Of a DNA stretch of 64,000 bases, positions 30,542 through 42,312 are shown one piece after another. The stretch spans positions 1,713 through 65,712 of the forward strand of contig JALUBF010000023.1 in assembly GCA_027045015.1 (NCBI GenBank), in the 5' to 3' direction. How positions within the stretch are numbered: position 1 is the stretch's first letter; each line of letters starts with the position of its first letter. The translations under genes were made by a program, and so were the position numbers. This DNA is from Sulfurovum sp. Lineage in GTDB: Bacteria; Campylobacterota; Campylobacteria; Campylobacterales; Sulfurovaceae. The notes under the pieces were generated by a model that saw only the letters and a program-made list of their open reading frames with translations, did not search any database and was not told where the DNA came from.

Positions 30542-31212
30542 TACAATATTCCAACTTTTTTCTGAGAATGGTTAAATATATATACCAATAAAAGTACAAA
30601 AAAACTCATACCTACCATAATGCCACTATAGATATATGCTTTAGTATAATCCATAACTTCTACCATATCATAGATGGCTACTGATGCTACTTTTGTCTCA
30701 TTGGGTATACTACCACCTACCATAAGCACCACACCAAACTCACCTACTGTATGTGCAAAAGTTATAATAAGTGCCGTACTAAGTGCTGGTTTCATATTTG
30801 GTAGTGCAACATACCAAATGGTTTGCAGTTTACTTTTTCCAGATAGGTATGAAGCCTCTAGCATATGTCTGTTTAATGACTCAAAACCATTTTGTAAAGG
30901 CTGTACCATAAAAGGTAAAGAGTAAAAAGATGATGCTACAACCAAACCTGTAAAAGAAAATAGCAACTCTACTCCAAAATGTTCTTGCAAAAAATTACCA
31001 AAAAAAGAGTTTGGAGAGAGTATCATCAATATATAAAATCCAAGTACAGATGGAGGTAGAACAATAGGCAAAGCTGTCATAGCCTCTAAAAAAGGTTTAC
31101 TCTTAGAGTTTGTTTGAGAGAGCCACCACGAAAAAGGTAGTGCTATGATAAATAAAATTATCGTAGTAATCCCTGCTAACTTAAAAGATATAACAAAAGG
31201 GGTCATATCCAT
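30541..31212 (-). CDS. modB: Molybdate ABC transporter permease
   Basis: LPIVLPPSVLGFY and FAHTVGEFGVVLMVGGSIP. Confidence 0.95.
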   Translation of the reverse strand: MDMTPFVISFKLAGITTIILFIIALPFSWWLSQTNSKSKPFLEAMTALPIVLPPSVLGFYILMILSPNSFFGNFLQEHFGVELLFSFTGLVVASSFYSLPFMVQPLQNGFESLNRHMLEASYLSGKSKLQTIWYVALPNMKPALSTALIITFAHTVGEFGVVLMVGGSIPNETKVASVAIYDMVEVMDYTKAYIYSGIMVGMSFFVLLLVYIFNHSQKKVGIL

Positions 31213-31958
31213 TATGGTACTCTATATCCATACGATATAAATATCTTTTTGGCACTACTACTTAACATAAAGTCATAAAATGCTTTAGCTTCAAGCTTAG
31301 ATTTACTACTCTTAAGTATTACCATTGCTTGGTCTATGGGAGTATATAATGAGATATCTACATCTACCCAGTTTTTTCCCTCTTTATATTGTGACATTTT
31401 AGGAGAGAAGAGTAAAGATTTGGCAACTACCCCCAAATCTGTAGCAGATATATCATATAGTAATGTTTGAGATATAGACTCTCCATAGATAAATTTATCT
31501 TGTACTAATTTATATAGCTTTAAATGCTCAAGTGCCTCTTTTGTTGCTACCCCATATGGTGCAGTTTTTGGATTGGCTATAGCTATTTTTTTAATGGAAT
31601 TATCTAAAAAGAGTCTCAACCCACCACTTAAATCACGTGGTTTTTTTGACAATATTACTAAAGTACCCTGTGCATATACTATTGGTTTATTGAGTGTAAG
31701 ATTTGCATTATATAGATGTTGAGGATATTTTATATTGGCAGAGAGAAATATATCGTATGGAGCACCATGTGTTATCTGAGCTAAAAGTTTTCCAGAACTT
31801 CCCAATATAACATTTACTTTAGTATCCATATGTGATTGATTGAAAACTTTTACAAGTGGTTTAATCGCATAAGATACATTTGAAGCTACAGCTATGATGA
31901 TGTTTGAAGCAAACGATATAGTACTAAAAAGAATTACAGTTATAAAAAAATGTTTCAA
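31212..31958 (-). CDS. modA: Molybdate ABC transporter substrate-binding protein
   Basis: GSSGKL, GAPYDIFLSAN, IANPKTAPYG. Confidence 0.95.
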   Translation of the reverse strand: MKHFFITVILFSTISFASNIIIAVASNVSYAIKPLVKVFNQSHMDTKVNVILGSSGKLLAQITHGAPYDIFLSANIKYPQHLYNANLTLNKPIVYAQGTLVILSKKPRDLSGGLRLFLDNSIKKIAIANPKTAPYGVATKEALEHLKLYKLVQDKFIYGESISQTLLYDISATDLGVVAKSLLFSPKMSQYKEGKNWVDVDISLYTPIDQAMVILKSSKSKLEAKAFYDFMLSSSAKKIFISYGYRVP

Positions 31959-32008
31959 TATCTTCCTTTTTTAAAAAATAGTTTATCTAAAATCTCTTTT
32001 TATATCTC

Positions 32009-32500
32009 TTACAGAAATTTTAATCGTGCTAACAATCCAGCTGTTGTAGTATATCCAACCTCAGTAAATTTGAGTGTACCATTTGCATCATAGATAAATG
32101 TTGTTGGATAAACCTCTATATGAAAATCTTTTGCCAATATCCCATTGCTATCATTTACTACTTTAAATGTAAGATTTTTTTGCTTCATATATTCTTTTAT
32201 CTTCTCATCAGTTCCAGAGTTAACAGCTATGGTTAAAACATTATATTTTTTAGATACAGTTTCAAGATTATTTGCTTCAAGTTTGCAAATAGGACACCAA
32301 CTACCCCAAAAATGCAGAACCAAGGGTTTACCTTTTTCAAATTTATAACTACTTCCATTTAAAAGCTTTAACTCTAAGTTTGGAAGAGATGTAGAAGATA
32401 GTTCAGGTTTTCTAACATAATTCATAATATTTGAAACTATAAATAGTAATATAGCACCTATAAATATCTCTTTAAGTATATGTTTTAAATTAAATCTCAT
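32009..32500 (-). CDS. Membrane-anchored TlpA/ResA-like redoxin
   Basis: N-terminal TM, FWGSWCPIC, YPTTF; start moved to ATG 32500. Confidence 0.88.
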   Translation of the reverse strand: MRFNLKHILKEIFIGAILLFIVSNIMNYVRKPELSSTSLPNLELKLLNGSSYKFEKGKPLVLHFWGSWCPICKLEANNLETVSKKYNVLTIAVNSGTDEKIKEYMKQKNLTFKVVNDSNGILAKDFHIEVYPTTFIYDANGTLKFTEVGYTTTAGLLARLKFL

Positions 32501-32502
32501 AT

Positions 32503-32724
32503 CTATCCAATATCCAATCCGTCCCAAAACTCATCATAATCCAAATTTGTCATAGAGGCATCTTCTTCTATACCTTTTTCTATAAGCCTCTTTTGCTCAT
32601 TTTCAAAATACTGCTCTAATGCCTCTTCTATCATAACATCAATATCTTTGTTAAGTATCTTAGAAAATCCTAAAAGGTCATCTATGGTACTTTGTTTAAA
32701 ATTTATATTTATTGTATCTTTCAT
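32503..32724 (-). CDS. Small ribbon-helix-helix-like protein with acidic C-terminus
   Basis: Beta-strand TININF followed by two helices (…MIEEALEQYF); acidic tail LDYDEFWDGLD. Confidence 0.65.
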   Translation of the reverse strand: MKDTININFKQSTIDDLLGFSKILNKDIDVMIEEALEQYFENEQKRLIEKGIEEDASMTNLDYDEFWDGLDIG

Positions 32725-32774
32725 AATAGTATTTTAACATAAAATTGATACACTATAAATAAAAAGGATAAATA

Positions 32775-33854
32775 ATGCTTATACATATATGTTGCTCCGT
32801 TGATAGCCACTATTTCTTACAAAAGCTTCAAGAAGAGTATCCAGATGAAAAACTTATAGGCTTTTTTTATGACCCCAATATACACCCATACTCCGAATAC
32901 TATCTACGTCTTTTAGATGTAAGAAGAAGTTGTAAAATGTTAGGCATTGAGCTACTTGAAGGTGAGTATGATGTTGAAAATTGGCTAAATGCAGTTAAGG
33001 GGTTAGAGAATGAACCTGAAAAAGGCTCAAGATGCTCCGTATGTTTTGATAGACGCTTTGAAATTAGTGCAAAAAAAACAGCACAAATAGGAGAGAGTAT
33101 ATTTACTTCTACTCTACTTACAAGCCCTAAAAAATCACTCAAACAACTTCAAATAGCAGGAGATAGACTTGGTAAAAAATATGGTATATCTTTTATAGCT
33201 CCTGATTACCGTAAAGCTTCAGGTACACAAGAACAAAATATCTTGGCAAAAAGAGATGCTCTATATCGTCAAGACTACTGTGGTTGTATCTTTGGACTCA
33301 ATATTCAACGAAACCAACAAGATAGACTTGCTGATGAACTATTTATGCCCATATCCAAACAGATACAACCAGAATCCATAGACGAACGTGTAGAGATGTA
33401 TGAAAAGAGATGGCAACTTGAAGATACACAACAACCATACAAGATAGTAAAACAACGCTTTTTAAACTGGAGAATAGTTTCAGGATTACTCCGTGTACAA
33501 AAAGAGATACTCCCTGCACACTTTTTACCATACTCTACACTAAAAAATGGATACACAAGAGGGAAGATTGAGTACAACATTGACAATATACACTATATGA
33601 ATAGAGATGAAGTAAAGTTCATAACTTTAGAGTATTACAATACTCTAGCAAAAACAAATTATAAAAATAGTACCGAACTTATCTTCTCCCCTCCATCTTT
33701 TGAGATAGAGTTGGATATACGCAATCAACTAACAAATTTACCTTATGATTTATCTCTTATCTTAGTAGTAGATGAAATTCCAAATAAAAAGATAGAGATA
33801 GTTTGCACCACAAAAACATATAGCGATGTAAAAGAGAGAGTTATCATATTCTAA
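32775..33854 (+). CDS. queH: Epoxyqueuosine reductase QueH (long Campylobacterota form)
   Basis: HICC, YDPNIHP..EY, EKGSRCSVCF, YRQDYCGC. Confidence 0.9.
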   Translation: MLIHICCSVDSHYFLQKLQEEYPDEKLIGFFYDPNIHPYSEYYLRLLDVRRSCKMLGIELLEGEYDVENWLNAVKGLENEPEKGSRCSVCFDRRFEISAKKTAQIGESIFTSTLLTSPKKSLKQLQIAGDRLGKKYGISFIAPDYRKASGTQEQNILAKRDALYRQDYCGCIFGLNIQRNQQDRLADELFMPISKQIQPESIDERVEMYEKRWQLEDTQQPYKIVKQRFLNWRIVSGLLRVQKEILPAHFLPYSTLKNGYTRGKIEYNIDNIHYMNRDEVKFITLEYYNTLAKTNYKNSTELIFSPPSFEIELDIRNQLTNLPYDLSLILVVDEIPNKKIEIVCTTKTYSDVKERVIIF

Positions 33855-33912
33855 TCATATTTTCAAGAACCTTTAGGTAGAATAAAACAAATTTTTACCT
33901 AAAGGTCTACCT

Positions 33913-34362
33913 ATGCTTTATAACGTTATTGAGATTCAAAAAATATTACCTCATAGATACCCATTTTTATTGGTAGATAGGATTAATAAACTTACTGCTG
34001 GTGAGTATATTGAAGGATACAAAAATATCTCTATCTCTGAACCAGTATTTCAAGGACACTTTCCTGATCACCCAATCTACCCAGGTGTTATGATTATTGA
34101 GGGTATGGCTCAAGCAGGTGGTGTACTTGCATTTAAAAGTATGGATGATGCTTCTCAAGAAGAAATAGAAAACAAAGTTGTATATTTTATGAGTATTGAC
34201 AAGGCAAAATTTAGAGCCCCTGTTACACCTGGTGACCAACTTGTATATAAGATAAATGTTATCAGAAATAAAGGTGCAGTATGGCAACTTGACGCAAAAG
34301 CATATGTTGATGATAAGATAGTTGCACAAGCCGAACTTAAAGCTATGATAGTTGATAAATAG
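33913..34362 (+). CDS. fabZ: 3-hydroxyacyl-ACP dehydratase
   Basis: [12 protein letters not shown] and [20 protein letters not shown]. Confidence 0.98.
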   Translation: MLYNVIEIQKILPHRYPFLLVDRINKLTAGEYIEGYKNISISEPVFQGHFPDHPIYPGVMIIEGMAQAGGVLAFKSMDDASQEEIENKVVYFMSIDKAKFRAPVTPGDQLVYKINVIRNKGAVWQLDAKAYVDDKIVAQAELKAMIVDK

Positions 34363-34373
34363 GTTTATATAAT

Positions 34374-35183
34374 ATGTCCCTAATAGACCCAACAGCTATC
34401 ATAGAAGATGGTTCAGTAGTGGGAAAAAATGTATCTATCGGTGCGTTTACATATATTGGTTCAAAAGTAAAAATTGGTGATAATACAATAGTAGCTTCTC
34501 ATACTTTAATAGAAGGAGATACAACTATTGGTAAAAATAACCATATTTTTTCTCATTCTGCCATAGGTAGCATACCTCAAGATTTGAAATATGATGGAGA
34601 GAATGTACAACTTATTATTGGAGACAATAACACTATTAGAGAATTTACATTAGTAAATCCTGGTACAAAAGGTGGTGGTTCTGTAACTAAGATAGGAAAC
34701 AACAATCTTCTTATGGGATATGTACATCTTGGACATGATGTTATTATTGGTGATAGCTGTATATTAGCAAATGGAGCAACATTAGCAGGACATGTTGAAC
34801 TTGGCAATCACGTTGTTATTGGAGGTCTTACTCCCATACATCAATTTGTACATATTGGTGATTTTTCTATGATAGGTGGAGCATCTGCTCTTGCACAAGA
34901 TATACCTCCATACTGTTTAGCAGAAGGTAATCGTGCTACACTTAGAGGATTGAATCTTACAGGTTTAAGGCGAAATATAAGTAGAGAAGATATAAACTTA
35001 CTCAAAATAGCATATAGAGAACTTTTTGAAAAAGGAAATCCAATACAAGAAGTTGCACAAAATATATTTGAATCAACAACATCAGAAAAAGTAAAAAAAC
35101 TTTGTGAATTTATAAAAATATCAAAACGTGGCATACCATTTAATAGAGTAAAAAATAAATATAAAATTAATGAGGATAGATAA
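34374..35183 (+). CDS. lpxA: UDP-N-acetylglucosamine acyltransferase
   Basis: Hexapeptide repeats, PQDLKY, HLGHD, LAGHV, IHQF. Confidence 0.97.
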   Translation: MSLIDPTAIIEDGSVVGKNVSIGAFTYIGSKVKIGDNTIVASHTLIEGDTTIGKNNHIFSHSAIGSIPQDLKYDGENVQLIIGDNNTIREFTLVNPGTKGGGSVTKIGNNNLLMGYVHLGHDVIIGDSCILANGATLAGHVELGNHVVIGGLTPIHQFVHIGDFSMIGGASALAQDIPPYCLAEGNRATLRGLNLTGLRRNISREDINLLKIAYRELFEKGNPIQEVAQNIFESTTSEKVKKLCEFIKISKRGIPFNRVKNKYKINEDR

Positions 35184-36409
35184 TGACTATATCTAAAAAA
35201 TGTAGCTTTTGTGAAGCTACAGAGAGTGAAGATAATCCACTTATAGCTGGAGAGAAAGCATACATATGTTCTAACTGTGTAGTTTCAGCATATAAAATAC
35301 TATTTGGAGAAGAGGAACAAGAAGAGTCAACAGCTGATGATTTAGAAGCATATACATTATATACACCAAAAGAGATAGATAGTATGTTGAGTGAATATGT
35401 TATAGGACAAGAACAAGCTAAAAAAACTCTATCTGTTGCAGTATATAACCATTATAAACGTATATTTAAAGACAATATAAAAGATGATACACAAGTTACA
35501 AAATCAAATGTACTTCTCATAGGACCAACTGGGTCAGGAAAAACACTTTTAGCTCAAACTATTGCTAGATTTTTAAATGTACCCATAGCTATTGCAGATG
35601 CTACAAACTTAACTGAAGCTGGTTATGTTGGAGAAGATGTAGAAAATATTCTTACTAAACTTCTTATGGAAGCAGATGGTGATCCAAAACGTGCCGAACA
35701 AGGGATAGTATTTATAGATGAGATAGATAAAATAGCTCGTATGGGTGAAAATCGTTCTATTACTCGTGATGTATCTGGAGAAGGTGTACAACAAGCTCTA
35801 CTTAAACTTATAGAGGGTTCTGTAGTAAATATTCCACCAAAAGGTGGACGAAAACACCCTAATCAAGACTTTATACAAATTGATACTTCCAATATACTAT
35901 TTATCTGTGGTGGTGCATTTGATGGACTAAATGACATTCTTAAAAGAAGACTAGGATCTAACAAACTTGGATTTGGTCAAGAAAAACGTTCTAAAAAAGA
36001 TGAAGAGAACCTTTTATATATGGTAGAGGCTGATGATTTAGTAAGTTATGGTCTTATCCCTGAACTTATAGGACGTTTACATATACTAGCAACTCTTGGT
36101 GAGATAACCAAAGAAGATATGGTACGTATTTTAGTTGAACCTAAAAATTCACTTGTAAAACAGTATCAAAAACTTTTTGAAATTGATGATGTAAAACTTA
36201 CTTTTGAAGATAAAGCACTCAAAGCCATAGCACAAAAAGCACTTGATAGAAAAACTGGTGCAAGAGGACTTCGCTCTATACTTGAAGAGATACTACTAGA
36301 TATTATGTATGAGTTACCAGAACTTGTAGGATATGAGGTAGTTATAACCGAAGATGTTATTGAAAATGGTACAAAACCATTATATATAAAAGATAAAAAA
36401 ACAGCTTAA
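35183..36409 (+). CDS. clpX: Clp protease ATP-binding subunit ClpX
   Basis: CSFC zinc finger, [30 protein letters not shown]. Confidence 0.98.
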   Translation: MTISKKCSFCEATESEDNPLIAGEKAYICSNCVVSAYKILFGEEEQEESTADDLEAYTLYTPKEIDSMLSEYVIGQEQAKKTLSVAVYNHYKRIFKDNIKDDTQVTKSNVLLIGPTGSGKTLLAQTIARFLNVPIAIADATNLTEAGYVGEDVENILTKLLMEADGDPKRAEQGIVFIDEIDKIARMGENRSITRDVSGEGVQQALLKLIEGSVVNIPPKGGRKHPNQDFIQIDTSNILFICGGAFDGLNDILKRRLGSNKLGFGQEKRSKKDEENLLYMVEADDLVSYGLIPELIGRLHILATLGEITKEDMVRILVEPKNSLVKQYQKLFEIDDVKLTFEDKALKAIAQKALDRKTGARGLRSILEEILLDIMYELPELVGYEVVITEDVIENGTKPLYIKDKKTA

Positions 36410-36429
36410 AGCAATAAGGATAAGAATAT

Positions 36430-37464
36430 ATGTTGAAACGAATATTGGGAATATTTTCAAATGATTTAGCTATAGATTTAGGAACAGCAAATACACTTGT
36501 TCTTGTAGAGGGACAAGGTATATGTATCAATGAACCATCAGTTGTTGCAATACAATATGATAAACATGGTCAACAACGTATTTTAGCTGTAGGTCAAGAG
36601 GCTAAAGATATGGTTGGAAAAACTCCTGGAAATATCAAAGCTATTCGTCCTATGAAAGATGGTGTTATCGCTGATTTTGAAGTAACTGAGATGATGATTA
36701 GATATTTTATAGAAAAAGCACACAATAGAAAAAGCTTCTTCTCTCCTCGTATTATTATATGTGTACCTTATGGACTTACTCAAGTTGAGAGACGTGCAGT
36801 TAAAGATTCTGCTGAAAATGCAGGAGCTAGATATGTATATCTCATAGAAGAGCCTATGGCTGCTGCTATTGGTGCAGGAATACCAGTAAAAGATCCTGAT
36901 GGTAACTTAGTGGTTGACATAGGTGGTGGAACAACAGAGATTGGAGTTACATCTCTAGGAGGACTCGTACAGAGTAAATCTATACGTGTAGCTGGAGATC
37001 ATATAGATCTTGCCATTATGGATTATGTTAAGAAAAACTTCAATCTTCTAATTGGTGATCGCGTTGCAGAAGAACTCAAAATAAATATAGGAACTGCTAT
37101 ACCTTTAGATGAAGAATTAACTACTATAGTTAGAGGTAGAGATCAAGTAGAAGGTTCTTTAACATCTATTGAGATAACATCTGAACATATTAGATCTGCT
37201 ATGAAAGATTCGGTTGAAGAGATAGCTAAAGCACTAAAAGATTTACTAGAGTTAACTCCTCCTGAACTTGCTGGGGATATTGTAGAAAATGGTATTGTAC
37301 TTACGGGTGGTGGTGCACTTATTCGTGGATTAGATAAATACCTATCTGATATAGTTAAACTTCCTGTATATATAGCTGATGAACCTCTTCTAGCTGTTGC
37401 AAAAGGAACAGGTATTGCACTTGATGAGATAGATATATTACAACAAATGGCATATGAAGACTAG
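36430..37464 (+). CDS. mreB: Rod shape-determining protein MreB
   Basis: DLGTANT, RPMKDGVIADF, DIGGGTTE, LTGGGAL. Confidence 0.98.
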   Translation: MLKRILGIFSNDLAIDLGTANTLVLVEGQGICINEPSVVAIQYDKHGQQRILAVGQEAKDMVGKTPGNIKAIRPMKDGVIADFEVTEMMIRYFIEKAHNRKSFFSPRIIICVPYGLTQVERRAVKDSAENAGARYVYLIEEPMAAAIGAGIPVKDPDGNLVVDIGGGTTEIGVTSLGGLVQSKSIRVAGDHIDLAIMDYVKKNFNLLIGDRVAEELKINIGTAIPLDEELTTIVRGRDQVEGSLTSIEITSEHIRSAMKDSVEEIAKALKDLLELTPPELAGDIVENGIVLTGGGALIRGLDKYLSDIVKLPVYIADEPLLAVAKGTGIALDEIDILQQMAYED

Positions 37465-38509
37465 AATTGTCATCATTGCTATACTGCTACTTATGTTAGC
37501 AGTACTATTATCAAAAAATAATGAAAAACTTACAAATATACTTTTATCTACAATAAACCCTATAAAACAGGGTTATCAAAATATACTAAAAAATATTGAG
37601 ATAAAAAGCTACTCATATTTTTCTCAAAAAGATAGTATTCAAAAGCTCTCTAAAGAGAATAATATTTTAAAAAAACAACTATTAGAAGAAATGGACTATA
37701 CAAATCAGATAAAAAATATATATAGTATTTTACCTGATTTATCACATTTCCCAGTGAAAAATATTTCTATTATACAAACTATATCTTATGTTAAATTAAA
37801 TAGTTTTTCCCAAATTATTCTTACTAAACCAAAAAATTTAAAAGTAAATAAGCTCTATGGACTTATACAAAATAATGTTGTGGCAGGTATTTCTGAAGTT
37901 TTAGATAATCAACTATATGGATATCTTACTTCTGATAAAAAATGTAGATTTTCAGTTTTCATAGGAAAATCAAAAGCACCTGGTATAGCATTTGGATATC
38001 ATGAAAATGAAATGCTCATAAAATTTATACCAAAATGGCATAAAATTAAAATAGGTGATTTGGTAGTTACATCTGGTTTAGATAATATATTTTATGCTGA
38101 TATACCAGTTGGTATTGTTACTAGCCTTGAAATTCAAAACTCATATACAGTAGCGTATATAAAAACATATAGTGATATTTTTCATCCTAAAACTTTTTTT
38201 CTTATAAACAATGCAACTCCTTATCTCTTGGATAAATTTGATAGTAATAGAACAAAAATAGAACAAAAATATGAGCTACCTTCAAATACAAATAGTGATG
38301 ATAATAGTACTATTGTAGAAAATAATAATAGTGAAAAACCTATAATTTCTAGTATTCCTTCAAGAATTGATCAAACTCAAGAGAATATAATAGAACCAAA
38401 AATAGTAGAAGAGAATCATACTAGTAAGAAAAAAGTAAAAAGAAGAGTAGTCAAAAAGAGAAAGAAGAAAAAAATAATCAAAAAGAGATCTACTTTAGAC
38501 CTATTCTAA
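37454..38509 (+). CDS. mreC: Rod shape-determining protein MreC (long, basic C-terminal tail)
   Basis: N-terminal TM, coiled coil, GDLVVTSGLD...PVG; follows mreB. Confidence 0.9.
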   Translation: MKTRIVIIAILLLMLAVLLSKNNEKLTNILLSTINPIKQGYQNILKNIEIKSYSYFSQKDSIQKLSKENNILKKQLLEEMDYTNQIKNIYSILPDLSHFPVKNISIIQTISYVKLNSFSQIILTKPKNLKVNKLYGLIQNNVVAGISEVLDNQLYGYLTSDKKCRFSVFIGKSKAPGIAFGYHENEMLIKFIPKWHKIKIGDLVVTSGLDNIFYADIPVGIVTSLEIQNSYTVAYIKTYSDIFHPKTFFLINNATPYLLDKFDSNRTKIEQKYELPSNTNSDDNSTIVENNNSEKPIISSIPSRIDQTQENIIEPKIVEENHTSKKKVKRRVVKKRKKKKIIKKRSTLDLF

Positions 38510-38516
38510 TATCTAT

Positions 38517-38544
38517 AAAAGCTCTTTTTTTAAGGGCTTTTTTT
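38517..38544 (+). terminator. Rho-independent terminator after mreC
   Basis: AAAAGCTCTT-ttttt-AAGGGCTTTT stem-loop followed by a T-run. Confidence 0.65.
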
Positions 38545-38591
38545 GTCTCATTGATATATAATATCAAACTAAAAATTAAGGGTATCTCTTT

Positions 38592-41500
38592 ATGCCAAAA
38601 CGCACTGACATCAAAACTATTTTACTTATCGGTTCAGGCCCAATTGTTATTGGTCAAGCCTGTGAATTTGACTACTCTGGAACACAAGCAGCTAAAACAC
38701 TCAAAGAGTTAGGCTATCGTGTAGTACTCATAAACTCAAATCCTGCTACTATTATGACAGATCCTGAATTTGCAGATAGAACATATATAGAGCCTATTAC
38801 TCCTGAAGTTGTTTCTAAGATTATTGAACAAGAGAACATTGATGCTATCTTACCTACTATGGGTGGACAGACAGCACTAAATGTAGCTATGGATATGTAT
38901 GATGCTGGTATGCTTAAAGATGTTGAGTTTTTAGGAGCAAATCCTGAAGCTATCAAAAAAGGTGAAGATAGACATCTATTCAATGAAGCTATGATTAAAA
39001 TCGGTATGGATCTACCAAAAAGTGCCAATGCTTATAATATGGAAGAGGCACTAACTCTTGCTAAAGAGATTGGTTTTCCTGTTATATCAAGAGCATCTTT
39101 TACCATGGCAGGTGGTGGTTCAGGTGTTGCATACAATATTGATGAGTTTAAAAAACTTGCACAAGAAGGTTTAGATGCTTCTCCTATCAATGAAATTGAG
39201 ATTATGGAGTCTTTACTTGGTTGGAAGGAGTATGAGATGGAGGTTATCCGTGATAAAGCAGATAACTGTATTATCGTCTGTTCCATAGAAAACTTTGACC
39301 CAATGGGTACTCACACAGGAGATAGTATCACCATAGCCCCTGCTCTTACACTTACAGATAAAGAGTATCAAAATATGCGTGATGCCTCTTTTAAAATCTT
39401 ACGTGAAATTGGCGTAGATACAGGTGGTTCTAATGTACAGTTCTCTATAAATCCAGATACTGGTCGTATGATTGTTATAGAGATGAACCCTAGAGTTTCA
39501 CGTTCATCTGCACTTGCATCAAAAGCTACAGGCTACCCTATCGCTAAAGTTGCTACCCTACTTGCTGTTGGATTTACTCTTGATGAAATTACCAACGATA
39601 TCACAGGAACACCTGCATCATTTGAACCAGTAATCGACTATATTGTTACCAAACTTCCTAGATTTACTTTTGAGAAGTTCCCAATGGCAAACTCAACACT
39701 AACCACTGCTATGAAGTCTGTAGGTGAAGCAATGGCTATTGGTCGTACATTTAAAGAGTCTTTCCAAAAGGCTCTTTGTTCATTAGAGACTGGTCTTATT
39801 GGATTTAATCCAATTAAATGCGATGAAGAAAAACTTGTCCGTGAAATTCGTCGTTCACATGCTGATCGTATGCTATATGTATTTGAAGGGCTTAGACGTG
39901 GTATGAGCGTAGATGATATCTTTGAACTATCAAAAATAGATAGATGGTTCCTATATCAACTAGAAGAGCTTGTAAAAGCAGAAAAAGATATGGATATAGC
40001 CCTACTTTCAGATGCCACAAGACTACGTGAAGTAAAAGCAGATGGTTTTTCAGATGCTATGATTGCTGAAGTTATCAATAAAAAAGAGGGTCTTAAACTA
40101 TCTGAAAATGATATCTATAATGCTAGAGAGAAAGCTGGTGTAACACTAGAATATAATGAAGTAGATACTTGTTCTGCTGAATTTAAAGCACTTACACCTT
40201 ACCTCTACTCTACAACAAATATTACCAAAGTACCACAAGTTAAAATACCAGAATCTGATGAGAAAAAAGTACTTGTTATTGGTGGAGGTCCTAACCGTAT
40301 TGGTCAAGGTATTGAGTTTGACTACTGTTGTGTACACGCATCATTTGCTCTTGAAGATATGGGTATCAAATCTATTATGTATAACTGTAATCCTGAAACA
40401 GTATCGACAGATTATGATACCTCAGACATACTATATTTCGAGCCTATAGACTTTGAGCATGTAAGAAGTGTAATCGAGCTTGAAAAACCTGATGGTGTCA
40501 TAGTTCATTTTGGAGGACAAACACCTCTTAAACTTGCTAAAGATCTTACTGCTATTGGTGCAAAAATTTCTGGTACTACAGCAAAAGTAATTGACCTTGC
40601 TGAAGATAGAGAACTATTCTCAGAATTTATAAATAATCTTGGGTTAAGACAGCCAGACAATGGAACTGTATTTGAAAAAGAGAAAGCTATCATAGTTGCA
40701 AATCGCATAGGATATCCTGTACTTGTACGCCCATCTTTTGTACTTGGTGGTCGTGGTATGAAGACTGTTTATTCTGATGAAGAGCTTAACCAATATATGG
40801 ACGAAGCCGTAAGTGTATCTCATGATGCACCAGTACTCATAGATAAATTTTTAGACAATGCTATAGAGCTAGATGTTGATGCTATTTGTGATGGTAAAGA
40901 TGTTTACATTGGTTCAGTTATGCAACATATAGAAGAGGCAGGTATCCACTCTGGTGACTCTGCTTGTTCACTACCTCCTGTAAGTATTTCAGCCCAATTA
41001 CAAGAAAAAGTTAAAGAGCAAACAGCATCTATAGCACTTGGTCTTGGAGTTATTGGACTTATGAATATCCAATATGCCATTCATAAAGGTGAGATTTATC
41101 TTATAGAAGTAAACCCTAGAGCATCTCGTACAGTACCATTTGTATCAAAAGCTACAGGTGTACCACTAGCAAAAGTAGCTACTAGAGTGATGATACAAGG
41201 TGACCTAAAAGAGGCTCTTAAATTTTATGATACATTTAATGTTGTTAATTTTGATAAAAAGATTATGGAACCAACACTAAAAAATCACGTTGCAGTAAAA
41301 GAGGCTGTTTTCCCATTCAACAAACTTCCAGGGTCTGACCTTATCTTAGGGCCAGAGATGAAATCTACTGGTGAAGTTATGGGGATTAGTGATAACTTTG
41401 GAATCTCTTTTGCAAAATCACAATTTGCATCTAAAAATGATATTCCTCTCTTTGGAAAAGTATTTCTCTCTCTTACAGAAAATGATAAACCATCTGCTGG

Positions 41501-41852
41501 TGAAATAGGTAAAATGTTTACAGAACTTGGATTTAAGATAGTTGCAACTTCTGGTACATACTTAGCTCTTGAAAAAGCTGGTGTAGCTTCAACAAAAGTA
41601 CTCAAAATATCTGAAGGTCGTCCAAATATTGATGATATGATTAGGAATGAAGAGATAGATATAGCGATCAATACATCTGACAATGCAGGAAGTAAAACTG
41701 ATGCAAGAACTATCAGACAATCTGTTCTTGCAAATCACGTAGCCTATTTTACTACTCTAGCAGCAGCAAAAGCAACAGCTATGGCCATAAAAGAGTTACA
41801 AGTAACCAATGGAGATCTTCAACCTAAAGCACTACAAGACTACCTTAGTTAG
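38592..41852 (+). CDS. carB: Carbamoyl-phosphate synthase large subunit
   Basis: [17 protein letters not shown], two ATP-grasp domains, C-terminal MGS-like domain. Confidence 0.99.
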   Translation: MPKRTDIKTILLIGSGPIVIGQACEFDYSGTQAAKTLKELGYRVVLINSNPATIMTDPEFADRTYIEPITPEVVSKIIEQENIDAILPTMGGQTALNVAMDMYDAGMLKDVEFLGANPEAIKKGEDRHLFNEAMIKIGMDLPKSANAYNMEEALTLAKEIGFPVISRASFTMAGGGSGVAYNIDEFKKLAQEGLDASPINEIEIMESLLGWKEYEMEVIRDKADNCIIVCSIENFDPMGTHTGDSITIAPALTLTDKEYQNMRDASFKILREIGVDTGGSNVQFSINPDTGRMIVIEMNPRVSRSSALASKATGYPIAKVATLLAVGFTLDEITNDITGTPASFEPVIDYIVTKLPRFTFEKFPMANSTLTTAMKSVGEAMAIGRTFKESFQKALCSLETGLIGFNPIKCDEEKLVREIRRSHADRMLYVFEGLRRGMSVDDIFELSKIDRWFLYQLEELVKAEKDMDIALLSDATRLREVKADGFSDAMIAEVINKKEGLKLSENDIYNAREKAGVTLEYNEVDTCSAEFKALTPYLYSTTNITKVPQVKIPESDEKKVLVIGGGPNRIGQGIEFDYCCVHASFALEDMGIKSIMYNCNPETVSTDYDTSDILYFEPIDFEHVRSVIELEKPDGVIVHFGGQTPLKLAKDLTAIGAKISGTTAKVIDLAEDRELFSEFINNLGLRQPDNGTVFEKEKAIIVANRIGYPVLVRPSFVLGGRGMKTVYSDEELNQYMDEAVSVSHDAPVLIDKFLDNAIELDVDAICDGKDVYIGSVMQHIEEAGIHSGDSACSLPPVSISAQLQEKVKEQTASIALGLGVIGLMNIQYAIHKGEIYLIEVNPRASRTVPFVSKATGVPLAKVATRVMIQGDLKEALKFYDTFNVVNFDKKIMEPTLKNHVAVKEAVFPFNKLPGSDLILGPEMKSTGEVMGISDNFGISFAKSQFASKNDIPLFGKVFLSLTENDKPSAGEIGKMFTELGFKIVATSGTYLALEKAGVASTKVLKISEGRPNIDDMIRNEEIDIAINTSDNAGSKTDARTIRQSVLANHVAYFTTLAAAKATAMAIKELQVTNGDLQPKALQDYLS

Positions 41853-41865
41853 ACAAGGCAGTAAG

Positions 41866-42312
41866 GTGAGCCTTAAAGCATTTGAGAATTTAGTCTTTTT
41901 GACACAAACTGATACTACTATCGGTTTTGTCTCTCAAAATGCTAAAAAGCTTACAGATATAAAACAACGTCCACCCCATAAACACTACATAAAAGCTATA
42001 AACTCATTAGAGACGCTAAAGAGTTTTACAAGAGTACCCAAACAACATAAAAATCGCATACGACGAAGCAATAAAACAACATTTATAATGCCAAATAGTT
42101 ACTCATATAGAGTTATCAAAGATAAAAATCATCTTCTACTGCTCAATAGAATAAAATGGGCATATACAACATCGGCAAATCTTAGTGGTAAAAGTTATGA
42201 TGAAGAGTTTTCAAAGAAAAATGCAGATGTTATTGTAGAGCCATTAAAAGATAACTCTATAGCCTCTAACATATTTAAACTCGGTAAAAAAACAATAAAA
42301 AGGATACGCTAA
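41866..42312 (+). CDS. Sua5/YciO/YrdC family protein (minimal TsaC-like)
   Basis: QTDTTIGF, IKQRP, TTSANLSG; start moved to GTG 41866 after the carB stop. Confidence 0.8.
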   Translation: MSLKAFENLVFLTQTDTTIGFVSQNAKKLTDIKQRPPHKHYIKAINSLETLKSFTRVPKQHKNRIRRSNKTTFIMPNSYSYRVIKDKNHLLLLNRIKWAYTTSANLSGKSYDEEFSKKNADVIVEPLKDNSIASNIFKLGKKTIKRIR

